A stretch of 64,000 nucleotides of DNA from an uncultured virus (IMG/VR IMGVR_UViG_3300034082_002096) (Duplodnaviria > Heunggongvirae > Uroviricota > Caudoviricetes), in IMG/VR virus record IMGVR_UViG_3300034082_002096. One strand, given 5' to 3'. Numbering within the stretch: the stretch's first letter is position 1; the number at the start of each line of letters is the position of its first letter. Below the pieces are notes generated by a model. That model worked only from the letters and a program-made list of their open reading frames with translations. It did not search any database and had not been told where the DNA came from. The translations under genes and the position numbers were made by a program. Positions 55,586 through 64,000 of the stretch are shown here, piece by piece.

Positions 55586-55881
55586 TATTTTAATCCAATA
55601 TGTTCATTAGCAATAATTGTATCTTCTGGTCGGGACTTTATATCCAACGAAACGCTTTCGCCATAACAGTTCCATTTTCCATCTACGACTTCAATGAAAC
55701 CTGCACCAAGTAATTTTCCTAAACTTCCAATTTCACTATGCTTTGTATATGCTGGAAATATTACAATACAGTCATATAATCCAGTATCAAATGTGATATA
55801 TTTTATTTTCATTATGATCTTTTCATCTACTGTATCAGGTTGGTTCTATATTAGCATGGTGACATAACAGTGTCAAGCAGG

Positions 55882-57015
55882 TTATTTTCCTATAGTGTTT
55901 CGCTCAAAAACTCGATTATGAGTATCATTACACCGTATGAAAGTTGCACGTTTTGGCAATTCTTTAATGCTACTTGCACCAACGTAAGTGCAAGTGCTTC
56001 TAATGCCGCCCAAGATTTCTTGCAATACTATATTAATATCGCCTTTATATGGAACTAATACAGTGCGTCCTTCGCTAGTTCTATAATCTTTCAATCCGCC
56101 AAAATGTTTATCATTGGCAGTTTGGCTACTCATTCCATAAAATTGCACAAACTTTTTTTCAATTAATGCATCGGTTTGATTGCCAATATCATCAATATAT
56201 ACTTCACCAGTTTTATATAATTTTGTAATCACATTGCCGCCGCCTTGATCGGTTCCTGCAAACATACCTCCAAGCATAACAAAGTCGGCACCTGCAGCAT
56301 ACGCTTTTGAAATATCACCAGAGGTAGAACAACCACCATCTGCTATTACATGTCCACCTAATCCATGTGCCGCGTCTGCACATTCAATTATAGCACTTAA
56401 CTGCGGATACCCAACACCAGTTTGAATGCGGGTAGTGCATACACTGCCGGGACCAATACCAACTTTTACAATGTCAGCACCACTTAAAATTAGTTCTTCG
56501 GTCATTTCTCCAGTTACTACATTTCCTGCAATAATAATTACATTCGGAAACTCTCCTCTGAACTTTTTAACGAATTCAACAAAAGTTTGACTATACCCAT
56601 TAGCAACATCAATACATACATATTTTATATTAACATCAATATGACTATAAACTCTTTTAAACTTATTATAATCTTTTTCAGTTATGCCTATGCTCATTGC
56701 CGTGTATTCGGTTCTACGATCATTATGCGAACCAAAGTAATCAATTAATTGTTGATCTTCATATGTTTTCACTAAACAAGTAAAAATGCATTCTTTTGAT
56801 AATGTATTTGCTACTTGAATAGTTCCGACTCCATCCATATTTGACGCCATGATACTAATGCCATCAAAATCGTAAGACACTGTTTCTGGATTTAGATAGT
56901 TTTTAAACTTTAACTTTCTAAAAAGATCAACATCTTTTCTGCTTGAAAGAGTAGAACGTTTTGGACGTATTAAAACATCTTTGAAGTCTAACTTAATTTC
57001 TTGTTCAATTCTCAT
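55882..57015 (-). CDS. guaC: GMP reductase
   Basis: KLDFKDVLIRPKRSTLSSR, DVANGYS, GIGPGSVCTTR, GYPQLSA and YRTSEG motifs. Confidence 0.95.
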   Translation of the reverse strand: MRIEQEIKLDFKDVLIRPKRSTLSSRKDVDLFRKLKFKNYLNPETVSYDFDGISIMASNMDGVGTIQVANTLSKECIFTCLVKTYEDQQLIDYFGSHNDRRTEYTAMSIGITEKDYNKFKRVYSHIDVNIKYVCIDVANGYSQTFVEFVKKFRGEFPNVIIIAGNVVTGEMTEELILSGADIVKVGIGPGSVCTTRIQTGVGYPQLSAIIECADAAHGLGGHVIADGGCSTSGDISKAYAAGADFVMLGGMFAGTDQGGGNVITKLYKTGEVYIDDIGNQTDALIEKKFVQFYGMSSQTANDKHFGGLKDYRTSEGRTVLVPYKGDINIVLQEILGGIRSTCTYVGASSIKELPKRATFIRCNDTHNRVFERNTIGK

Positions 57016-57072
57016 ACAATGTATCCAATTTATGGTATGGTTGGGGAATTTGATTCCCCAACCATTATTTTA

Positions 57073-57789
57073 TTATAGTTCGGAAGTTTGGACACGAAGT
57101 CCCTTAAATGCCTTGGTGGCACCTTTGTTTTTGGTGTCAATTGCAGTAACGTATGCAAATTGTGCATTATCTGCACCTTCACCAGTATAGAGCAAAACAT
57201 CACCTTTTACGACTTTTTCGGGTTCACCTTGGAAATGAACAGTTTTACCATTCAAGCGAACAGCGAATGTATAAGGCAGAACTTCTTCAAGTTGTGACTT
57301 ATTGGCAAGAATGATTTTGCCAGTTCCTTTTTCTTCAATTAGATATTGATTTGAAGAATTTGTTCCAACGTGGGTTCCATATGTAACACCACCATCATCT
57401 AGTTTGATTTGAAATAGAGTATTTGAAGTTGTCATTGCGTTTTGATCCTCATAATGTTTAACATCACTTTTGTAAAATGATTTGGTTGTGTTATTGTGTA
57501 AATATCTTGCATGTATTTGACTTGAGTATACATCTGTAACTTTTAGTGGCATTTTTCCGTAGTTGGAAATAATTATATCACCAACTTCAAATTTATCTTT
57601 ATCTGCCATTTTGGCTCCTACATCTTGGGTTATGTTTGCATCGTATAGTATAACTTGTGACTTGTCAAGTAAAAAGTTATTTGCTCCAATTTTTATTTTC
57701 ATATGGGCATATTTCTTGCACAGGGCATTTATCACAATACCAATTTTTTTTGTCAAAAATACAACCCCATGGTGATAGCGTATTATCAT
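57073..57789 (-). CDS. hypothetical protein (likely start at MADKDKF)
   Basis: EEVLPYTF...NK.ATK.F.G. Confidence 0.65.
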   Translation of the reverse strand: MIIRYHHGVVFLTKKIGIVINALCKKYAHMKIKIGANNFLLDKSQVILYDANITQDVGAKMADKDKFEVGDIIISNYGKMPLKVTDVYSSQIHARYLHNNTTKSFYKSDVKHYEDQNAMTTSNTLFQIKLDDGGVTYGTHVGTNSSNQYLIEEKGTGKIILANKSQLEEVLPYTFAVRLNGKTVHFQGEPEKVVKGDVLLYTGEGADNAQFAYVTAIDTKNKGATKAFKGLRVQTSEL

Positions 57790-58708
57790 ATTTTTTTATT
57801 GGCATTGTATTACATACAGTAATACAAAGTTCTTGTAGTTTTTGATTATCTATTGCTAATTTAACTTTTTTATTATCTACTAAACTATAATATTCTTCTT
57901 GTGTTAATATATATTGCATTATTTTATCCCCATCTTATAGCAAAATCTTCTGCAAAGTCTTTTCTGTCAAAAACGAAGTTTGATCCATACCAAGTATAAT
58001 TATCACTTCCAATATTTTCATTACACCATTTATGTACTTCTGACCAATACAAGTGAGAACCTAATTCTATAATAATATATCCATCTTTTTCTAATTCTTT
58101 GAGAGAAAATGATGCACCATGAAATTTTTCTGACAATGATTTTTTAGGAGGATATTTTGGATTAATCATGATCAATCTTTTGGATGACCTTCTGTGCCAT
58201 TTTTCCATGCATCTGAATATGGTATCAACTCTCTTGTATTTTTCGGCCAATCCTTTTTAGCCAAATCAGTTAGAGTGTCACAAATTGGGCATTTAAACAA
58301 TATTGCTTCGTCACAATCTCCCCAACTTCCAGTATTGCGTGATGGATAATGACGCAAATCAGACTTTTCTACTTCTAGTAAAGCTTCGCAACCATTTCCA
58401 CCATTGCCACTACCAGTGCAAAGATGTTGAATATTCCATTTATCAGTGAACTTACCAAACTCTAATACTTTCATTTTACATTTCTTTATGCTAGAATTAA
58501 ATCTTCTATTTTTATAGTATATTTTCTATTATCGCTAACCGACTCACAGAATGCTAGGTTTTCATCGTCGTTAATTGCGGTAACTTTTAAAATTTTTGAC
58601 ATTCTTGGATTTAGGCATTTAACTAATGCACCTACTGTAATTACATCTTGCATAACATATTCCTCTAATATAGTAAGAAATTGATCTTACTATACTAGTT
58701 ATCCTTGG

Positions 58709-59041
58709 TCACATGTTAGCCGTATTTTTCCATTTTTCTAACTTTTTGGAAAGAACCATAGATAAATCATGTTCTATCAATGATGGATCGTATTGAGAAA
58801 TAATATCAATGGCACAAGCAATTACGTCAATTGCTTCTCCAACGACCCCATCAGCACCGCATTCTTTATAAGATTTGCCTTCTGCAATTTGAATTTCTTG
58901 TGCAAGTTCGCCAACCTCAGTCATAAGGTGAGTAAGAATGTCTTGCATAGTTCTGTCATTTTTTACTTCTTTTGTAGTATCTAGTGCATATTGTATAAAC
59001 ATAATTATATTACCTATTATACCAAAGAATATATTTTGCAT
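58709..59041 (-). CDS. MazG-like NTP pyrophosphohydrolase
   Basis: EVGELA.E...GEAIDV. Confidence 0.8.
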   Translation of the reverse strand: MQNIFFGIIGNIIMFIQYALDTTKEVKNDRTMQDILTHLMTEVGELAQEIQIAEGKSYKECGADGVVGEAIDVIACAIDIISQYDPSLIEHDLSMVLSKKLEKWKNTANM

Positions 59042-59369
59042 TTTCTGGTATTTCTTTACGACCTTCGGTATAGTCGGAAGGACGACGAGTCACACCAATT
59101 AGTTTGAATTCGGAATTTACCAGATCACCATAACCATCATAGTCAATAAATGCTTCACAATCACAGTTACTTTTCCATTCTTCAATTGACATTAGTTTAC
59201 CACTATGTCCTTCTAGAATGTGATCAATCCAGCAATCTTCGAAATTGGCATAGCCCCAATCTTCTGCTTCCTGAACAGACGCAAATTTATCGTCAGTAAC
59301 GTTCTTTTCATCTTTTTCGTTTTTAATACACCAGCCATCATCAAAGTATACTTCGAGGTATGTAGTCAT
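59010..59369 (-). CDS. hypothetical protein
   Basis: FIDYDGYG...ILWYNR. Confidence 0.7.
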   Translation of the reverse strand: MTTYLEVYFDDGWCIKNEKDEKNVTDDKFASVQEAEDWGYANFEDCWIDHILEGHSGKLMSIEEWKSNCDCEAFIDYDGYGDLVNSEFKLIGVTRRPSDYTEGRKEIPENAKYILWYNR

Positions 59370-59475
59370 TTAAGATATTCCTTATTGATATAAATTTTTA
59401 GAAAAAAGCTTCATGATGTACCTTCTAGAGTGAGATAACTTTCTTACCTCACTCTAGTAGATGTTTATCACACTG

Positions 59476-60306
59476 TCAACATGAATATGCAACAGGCCAA
59501 TTTCTTTTGTGGCGAGTTTTTTCATACTGTGCGACAATTTTAGCAACTACTTCATCACTAACAGATTTTCCTTCTAGAAAATCATCTAGATCATCATATG
59601 AAAAACCAAGAGCAACTTCGTCTGCAAGTTGTGGGCGAATTTCTTCTAAGTCAGCAGTTGGTGTCTTCGAATAAAGTTTTTCTGGAACCCCAATTGCTTC
59701 TGCTAATTTACGAACTTGCCTTTTGCTAAGACCATTTAATACAGTGATATCACATGCTTGATCGCCCCATTTGGTATAAAATGCAGGAACTAATTCAGAA
59801 TTATGATCAGTTCCTACTACAAGACAATTCCGCAAACCTGCAATTTCATATTGAGCAAGCATACGCATTCGTGCTTTGACGTTTCCTTTGTGGAAGTCAA
59901 GTAATCCACGATCAGAACATAAACCAGTCAATTGTGAATGAATAGAGTTAGTTGCAAGTTCGATACCAACTGTTATACGATAGTCTGGATTAATAAACTT
60001 CAATGCAGATTGTGCATCATCTTCGTCTTTTTGAATATCATAAGGAAGTCGAACTGCATAAAAATATGCAGCATATCCTTCATTCTGTAATTCAATGCAA
60101 GCAATCTGACATAGTTTTCCGGCAGTGGTAGAATCTACTCCACCACTAATACCTAAAACATATCCATTTAATTTTGAAGATTTTAGGTATTCTTTTAGAT
60201 AATCAATACGAAGTCTTGCTTCTTGTTTAAAGTCTATTGTTTCTGTTTCTCGCACTCCGTGAAGTGCGAGAATTTCCTGTGTTATTGTATTCATAATCTT
60301 ATCCAA
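59476..60306 (-). CDS. nadE: NH3-dependent NAD+ synthetase
   Basis: LGISGGVDS, RLPY..Q.DE.D, GNVKARMRM, GTDH, FYTKWGD and PTADLE motifs. Confidence 0.95.
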   Translation of the reverse strand: MDKIMNTITQEILALHGVRETETIDFKQEARLRIDYLKEYLKSSKLNGYVLGISGGVDSTTAGKLCQIACIELQNEGYAAYFYAVRLPYDIQKDEDDAQSALKFINPDYRITVGIELATNSIHSQLTGLCSDRGLLDFHKGNVKARMRMLAQYEIAGLRNCLVVGTDHNSELVPAFYTKWGDQACDITVLNGLSKRQVRKLAEAIGVPEKLYSKTPTADLEEIRPQLADEVALGFSYDDLDDFLEGKSVSDEVVAKIVAQYEKTRHKRNWPVAYSC

Positions 60307-60315
60307 TCTTCTAAA

Positions 60316-61359
60316 TTAATATGTTGGAATAAAACGTTTGATGATATGGTAATGGTCAAATGCCATCATTTCGCTAGTAACATCACTTAGTTTAACCCAT
60401 TCTGCATGTTTTGCATCATCCGAACCTTTTACTTTTGGCAACTTTTCATCGGGATATCCCAAATCAATATGGAAACCATGTGTAATAACACGTCCACGAG
60501 GATCGCGGTCAGGATGATCAAAAACTTCTATCGCTTTGATAGAACCTTTAAGAACCTTGTCAGGAACTTTTAGTTTTGTTTCTTCACGAAGTTCTTTAAT
60601 CATATTTTCTACGATAAATTTACCTTTATCAAGATACCCACCAGGGAGTGCCCAACAATCTTTGAATGGGAAACCTCCGCGTTTGATTAGAAGAACATAT
60701 CCACTTTGTGTAATAACCGCATCGGTAGTAACAAATACAGAAGGAAAGTTAAATCCCTTCATTTGTGACTTTTCACGGTATTCTTTGATTTGGTTATATT
60801 CTGCCTTCAACGATGGAAACCAATCGCCTTTAAGAAGAATACTATCTAATTCATGCCGTGTAGCAAGATGCATTTTATCTGCACTCATGAAAAACCGTTC
60901 ATCAGAAAAAAGGTCTTCACGAATATCAGTTGCATTAATGCCATCGACATTTGCAACTTCAACATGATCCCGCCAATCTGGAAAAATGTTTAGATAATAT
61001 GAAGAACTATCTTTGGAATGACCAATCAATCCAGCTTTTGTGCCAGTTTTAATTCCATTTACTACCGATTGAACCGCAGAAACCCAAGCATTATCGTCGT
61101 ATGGATAATCCATTACGCCTACGATCTTGATTCTGCTTGTATGAATATCAGAACGCAATGAGTAGGCAGATTCAATCATTGCCTTACGTTCTTGAAATGT
61201 AAATGGATTTTTTGTGCTACGTGGTTGAAAACTTGAACCCACGACTAGAACAACTTCTTTTGCTTGTTCTAGAGCGGCATCAATTACCGCTTTGTGTCCA
61301 TTGTGGAAAGGTTGAAACCTTCCACAAAAAACTAATGTATCATATTTTTCTTTTGCCAT
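60316..61359 (-). CDS. nadM: bifunctional NMN adenylyltransferase / Nudix ADP-ribose pyrophosphatase
   Basis: GRFQPFHNGH, KNPFT..ER, GH.KD.SS.YL, WALPGG...EL.EET, R..RGR.ITH and DDA motifs. Confidence 0.93.
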   Translation of the reverse strand: MAKEKYDTLVFCGRFQPFHNGHKAVIDAALEQAKEVVLVVGSSFQPRSTKNPFTFQERKAMIESAYSLRSDIHTSRIKIVGVMDYPYDDNAWVSAVQSVVNGIKTGTKAGLIGHSKDSSSYYLNIFPDWRDHVEVANVDGINATDIREDLFSDERFFMSADKMHLATRHELDSILLKGDWFPSLKAEYNQIKEYREKSQMKGFNFPSVFVTTDAVITQSGYVLLIKRGGFPFKDCWALPGGYLDKGKFIVENMIKELREETKLKVPDKVLKGSIKAIEVFDHPDRDPRGRVITHGFHIDLGYPDEKLPKVKGSDDAKHAEWVKLSDVTSEMMAFDHYHIIKRFIPTY

Positions 61360-61762
61360 CCTAAAACTCCTTTAGCAGATGTATTACTATTTATAGCACG
61401 TTTTGGTGCCAGTGTCAAGACTTTTTTATTTTTTTAGAGATTGATATGCATTGTTCGCTAGGCTTTTTCTTCCCAGATACAGCACATATTCATACGCCAC
61501 TGTTAGGACAATAAAAATCTTTTCCATTTAATTTCATTGTTTGTTAATCTTTGTATATTCTTTATAAACATACATTACTGCACGGAAAACAAGATATGCT
61601 ACCGTAGAAATCACTTCCATAAAACCGATAAGCAGCAATGTCAAGAACAATGCAGAAATAGGATCAAAAGGATCAAATCCTATAAAAAAACAACACAAGA
61701 ATATCAGAAAATAGACTAGCAGGTTCCAGCCTGATTCAACCAGTTTTTGATTATCAAACATT

Positions 61763-62782
61763 TTATTCATCCTCTTCTTCATAATCTTCGTCATATTCGC
61801 GTTCACGTTCTTTGACGATATCCGCAGTGATTTTATTCAGAAGTTTATATTCTGCATATTCTTCACTTTGAGAACCTTGATGCATAACAGGCAACCAGAC
61901 CTTGCGAGTGCTTTCCATGAAAGAATTAACCATAGAACCAATCATAGCCTCACGCATAAGAGCATATGCTAGTTCTTTGTCACCCTCCATATATTCGACA
62001 ATGATCGCATCACGAACATCTGCAATGTCAGAAAACCCACCATCTGAATAGCCGTTACCAAATGCATGACCAAAAATATCACCTAGAATATGGCTAAAAC
62101 GTGGTCCAAAAAAGCCTCTATATTTAATAGATGCAAAAGCACGTTTGAATTCTGCAAGTTCTTCTTCGCTAAGATTTTCCTTTGGTTGAATAGATGTAAA
62201 TTCTTTCAATTCGCTAGCACATACAGCCATATATTCTGGAATGAACTCTGCCAGCTTTGCATACGTCACGTTTTTGAAATAGTATTGATCAGTCTCAAAT
62301 CCATCTGGAATTGGAACCTCTTTCATTTTATACATATCAAAGGTCCATTCGTTCCAAAGACGATCAACTGCATCTTTCCGAATCATAGTAAAGAAAACAT
62401 CTTTAGTCTTTGATTGGCCTTCATAACCACGAAGAGGATTTGTAAACATAAGACGTTTTTCATGACATGCTTCAAAGAACATATCAACATCAAAACCTTC
62501 ACGTTTTACCGCAATGTCATGATATTGATTTTCGCCAACATCAAGTTCAACAAGTTGTTCACGAATACCTTCAATCAGATATGGAAGTGCAACACCACTG
62601 CAATCTTCGCCTGCACCGTAGTCATTATATTTTGCACGAAATGGCAAAACACTAGGACGATAAAGTGCACTAGAATAGCAAAAGCTATCACGATAAGATT
62701 CTACAATAGGAAAGACAAAAATATCTGTTCCTACAACAATAGGCAGTTCAGTAAGTCCGCAAGTTCCGTTCCAGCAACCCAT
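61763..62782 (-). CDS. hypothetical protein
   Basis: MGCWNGTCG...Y.DYG motif; 339 aa. Confidence 0.8.
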   Translation of the reverse strand: MGCWNGTCGLTELPIVVGTDIFVFPIVESYRDSFCYSSALYRPSVLPFRAKYNDYGAGEDCSGVALPYLIEGIREQLVELDVGENQYHDIAVKREGFDVDMFFEACHEKRLMFTNPLRGYEGQSKTKDVFFTMIRKDAVDRLWNEWTFDMYKMKEVPIPDGFETDQYYFKNVTYAKLAEFIPEYMAVCASELKEFTSIQPKENLSEEELAEFKRAFASIKYRGFFGPRFSHILGDIFGHAFGNGYSDGGFSDIADVRDAIIVEYMEGDKELAYALMREAMIGSMVNSFMESTRKVWLPVMHQGSQSEEYAEYKLLNKITADIVKEREREYDEDYEEEDE

Positions 62783-62806
62783 AGTATTTTCCTTTTCTAT
62801 ATTCCA

Positions 62807-63538
62807 TTACTTATTCATAGCATCCTTGATTGCTTGTGTCAAGTCAGAAACCTTAACAAGCAAATCATTCAGTTCATTTCGTCTTGCAATTTCTTCATCA
62901 ATTATGTCTTGTGCCCATTGAATAGTATAATTAATTCCAATAATAACATCATCCCAAAACTGGACATGATCTTTATCGCTTTTTTTATTTTTCTCAATAT
63001 TATTAATAAATGATTTCATAAAATTGAGAGAACCTTCGGCAGCTTTTACTTTCTCACATTTATAAAGACTTATACTTTCACGCAAAATGTTTTCAAAGTT
63101 TTTCCTAGCTTCTTCTGGGTAACGCAATGCATCTAGATCAGCCCTGATTATAGGAGAAAAACTAGAATAAATTACACGATGATCTTGTGTTGCCATGATC
63201 AACGCAACTACATGCCCTTCATTTAGAGCATTTAAATTGCATCCGCTATACATTTCTTTCATATCTGAAAACATAATTGCACTACGATATTCTTTTTCTG
63301 GTTTTTCGTCATATACAATATCATGAAACAAAACTGCCCAATCTAGGCATTCGTCATAAGGATGATTGATAGAATCCAAATACTCATACATTCGCTCAAT
63401 ATGTGAAAGATTGTGGTAGAACAGACCGCGTTCACAAAAATTATCAAGAATTGTTTGAATAGCTTTTTGTGCTAGTTCTGTATGAGTTATTTTAGACCAT
63501 TTAAACAATTTCATCTTCCTTTTTAATAAATTCTTCAC
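62807..63538 (-). CDS. HD-domain phosphohydrolase
   Basis: YHNLSHI, FHDIVYD, E..SA, I.AT..H and DLD.L motifs. Confidence 0.88.
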   Translation of the reverse strand: MKNLLKRKMKLFKWSKITHTELAQKAIQTILDNFCERGLFYHNLSHIERMYEYLDSINHPYDECLDWAVLFHDIVYDEKPEKEYRSAIMFSDMKEMYSGCNLNALNEGHVVALIMATQDHRVIYSSFSPIIRADLDALRYPEEARKNFENILRESISLYKCEKVKAAEGSLNFMKSFINNIEKNKKSDKDHVQFWDDVIIGINYTIQWAQDIIDEEIARRNELNDLLVKVSDLTQAIKDAMNK

Positions 63539-64000
63539 GTTCTTTGTGTGTCATCGTTGAACAAAAATCAGTAGGATCAATTTGTTTAATTTTTGTTCTA
63601 ATGGCAGGACCATATTCTGTGGCAACTTCTGTTGAAACTCGTTTGTAAATAGTCCCATATTGGTAATTATATTGAAGATCATCCCATTTGGTATTAAAAT
63701 TCACAATAAGATCAGCAATCATTTCTTGCTGATTTTTATTCTTCATTCTTGAATGACCAGCAGTCCACCGATACAAACAGCTTACGCTATTCTTTCGACA
63801 GTCATGAATACGCCATAGCAGCGTATTTGCAGCTTCTGTAAGGCTAGAAACAGCCCAACTACGACAATCAAAAAATGCAAGCTTTTCATAAGCAACATGC
63901 TCATTTGAGTGCATATAATTATTGAAATACGCAGTAGCCATTGATGCCAAAATCGAATTGATTTTGCTTACTTTTCCACCAAAGATATGTTCATCACCAG
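63501..64000 (-). CDS. tRNA-His guanylyltransferase (Thg1-like), C-terminal part; extends beyond the window
   Basis: FGGK..KI.S..AS, FDCR, WR..DC.KNSV and W.......GT motifs. Confidence 0.88.
   Translation of the reverse strand, partial: GDEHIFGGKVSKINSILASMATAYFNNYMHSNEHVAYEKLAFFDCRSWAVSSLTEAANTLLWRIHDCRKNSVSCLYRWTAGHSRMKNKNQQEMIADLIVNFNTKWDDLQYNYQYGTIYKRVSTEVATEYGPAIRTKIKQIDPTDFCSTMTHKEREEFIKKEDEIV

Noticed and set aside
30831..63013. Plus-strand ORFs antisense to long minus-strand genes (e.g. 60536+, 62414+, 34513+)
   Set aside because: Antisense shadows of well-supported genes.
1..64000. Genome-wide TAG reassignment (code 15)
   Set aside because: Long genes are intact under code 11 and several end in TAG; only one internal TAG was noticed.

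Overview
AT-rich segment of a large (jumbo-type, T4-related) dsDNA phage genome, with almost all genes on the minus strand. The host is probably an alphaproteobacterium; this is inferred from GANTC-containing promoters. The left ~25 kb is a dispersed tRNA region: 24 intact tRNAs, one tRNA-Thr interrupted at the anticodon, one tRNA with an abnormal anticodon loop, and many small ORFs and non-tRNA structured RNAs. The right ~39 kb carries rIIA/rIIB, tRNA repair and maturation enzymes (CCA-adding enzyme, Rnl2-type RNA ligase, PTH2, Thg1), an NAD+ salvage set (NAMPT, NMNAT-Nudix, NadE; Sir2, macro and Nudix genes lie at the left end), GuaC and many hypothetical genes. The most unusual signal is a family of seven small RNAs. 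Each shares a closing stem and a T[AT]C[AC]GC[AC] motif but carries a different tRNA-derived payload: a circularly permuted tRNA elbow or an isolated anticodon stem-loop. A complementary set of tRNA bodies has the anticodon loop replaced by 22-48 nt inserts. Other notable features: sigma70 promoters with (T/C)GATTCG in the spacer, rrn-type boxA sites in the tRNA region, late-promoter genes that look like injected enzymatic effectors, an amber-interrupted gene next to a possible suppressor tRNA, an AOX remnant, and a ~430-nt structured non-coding region. All calls were made by eye; no searches or folding programs were run.
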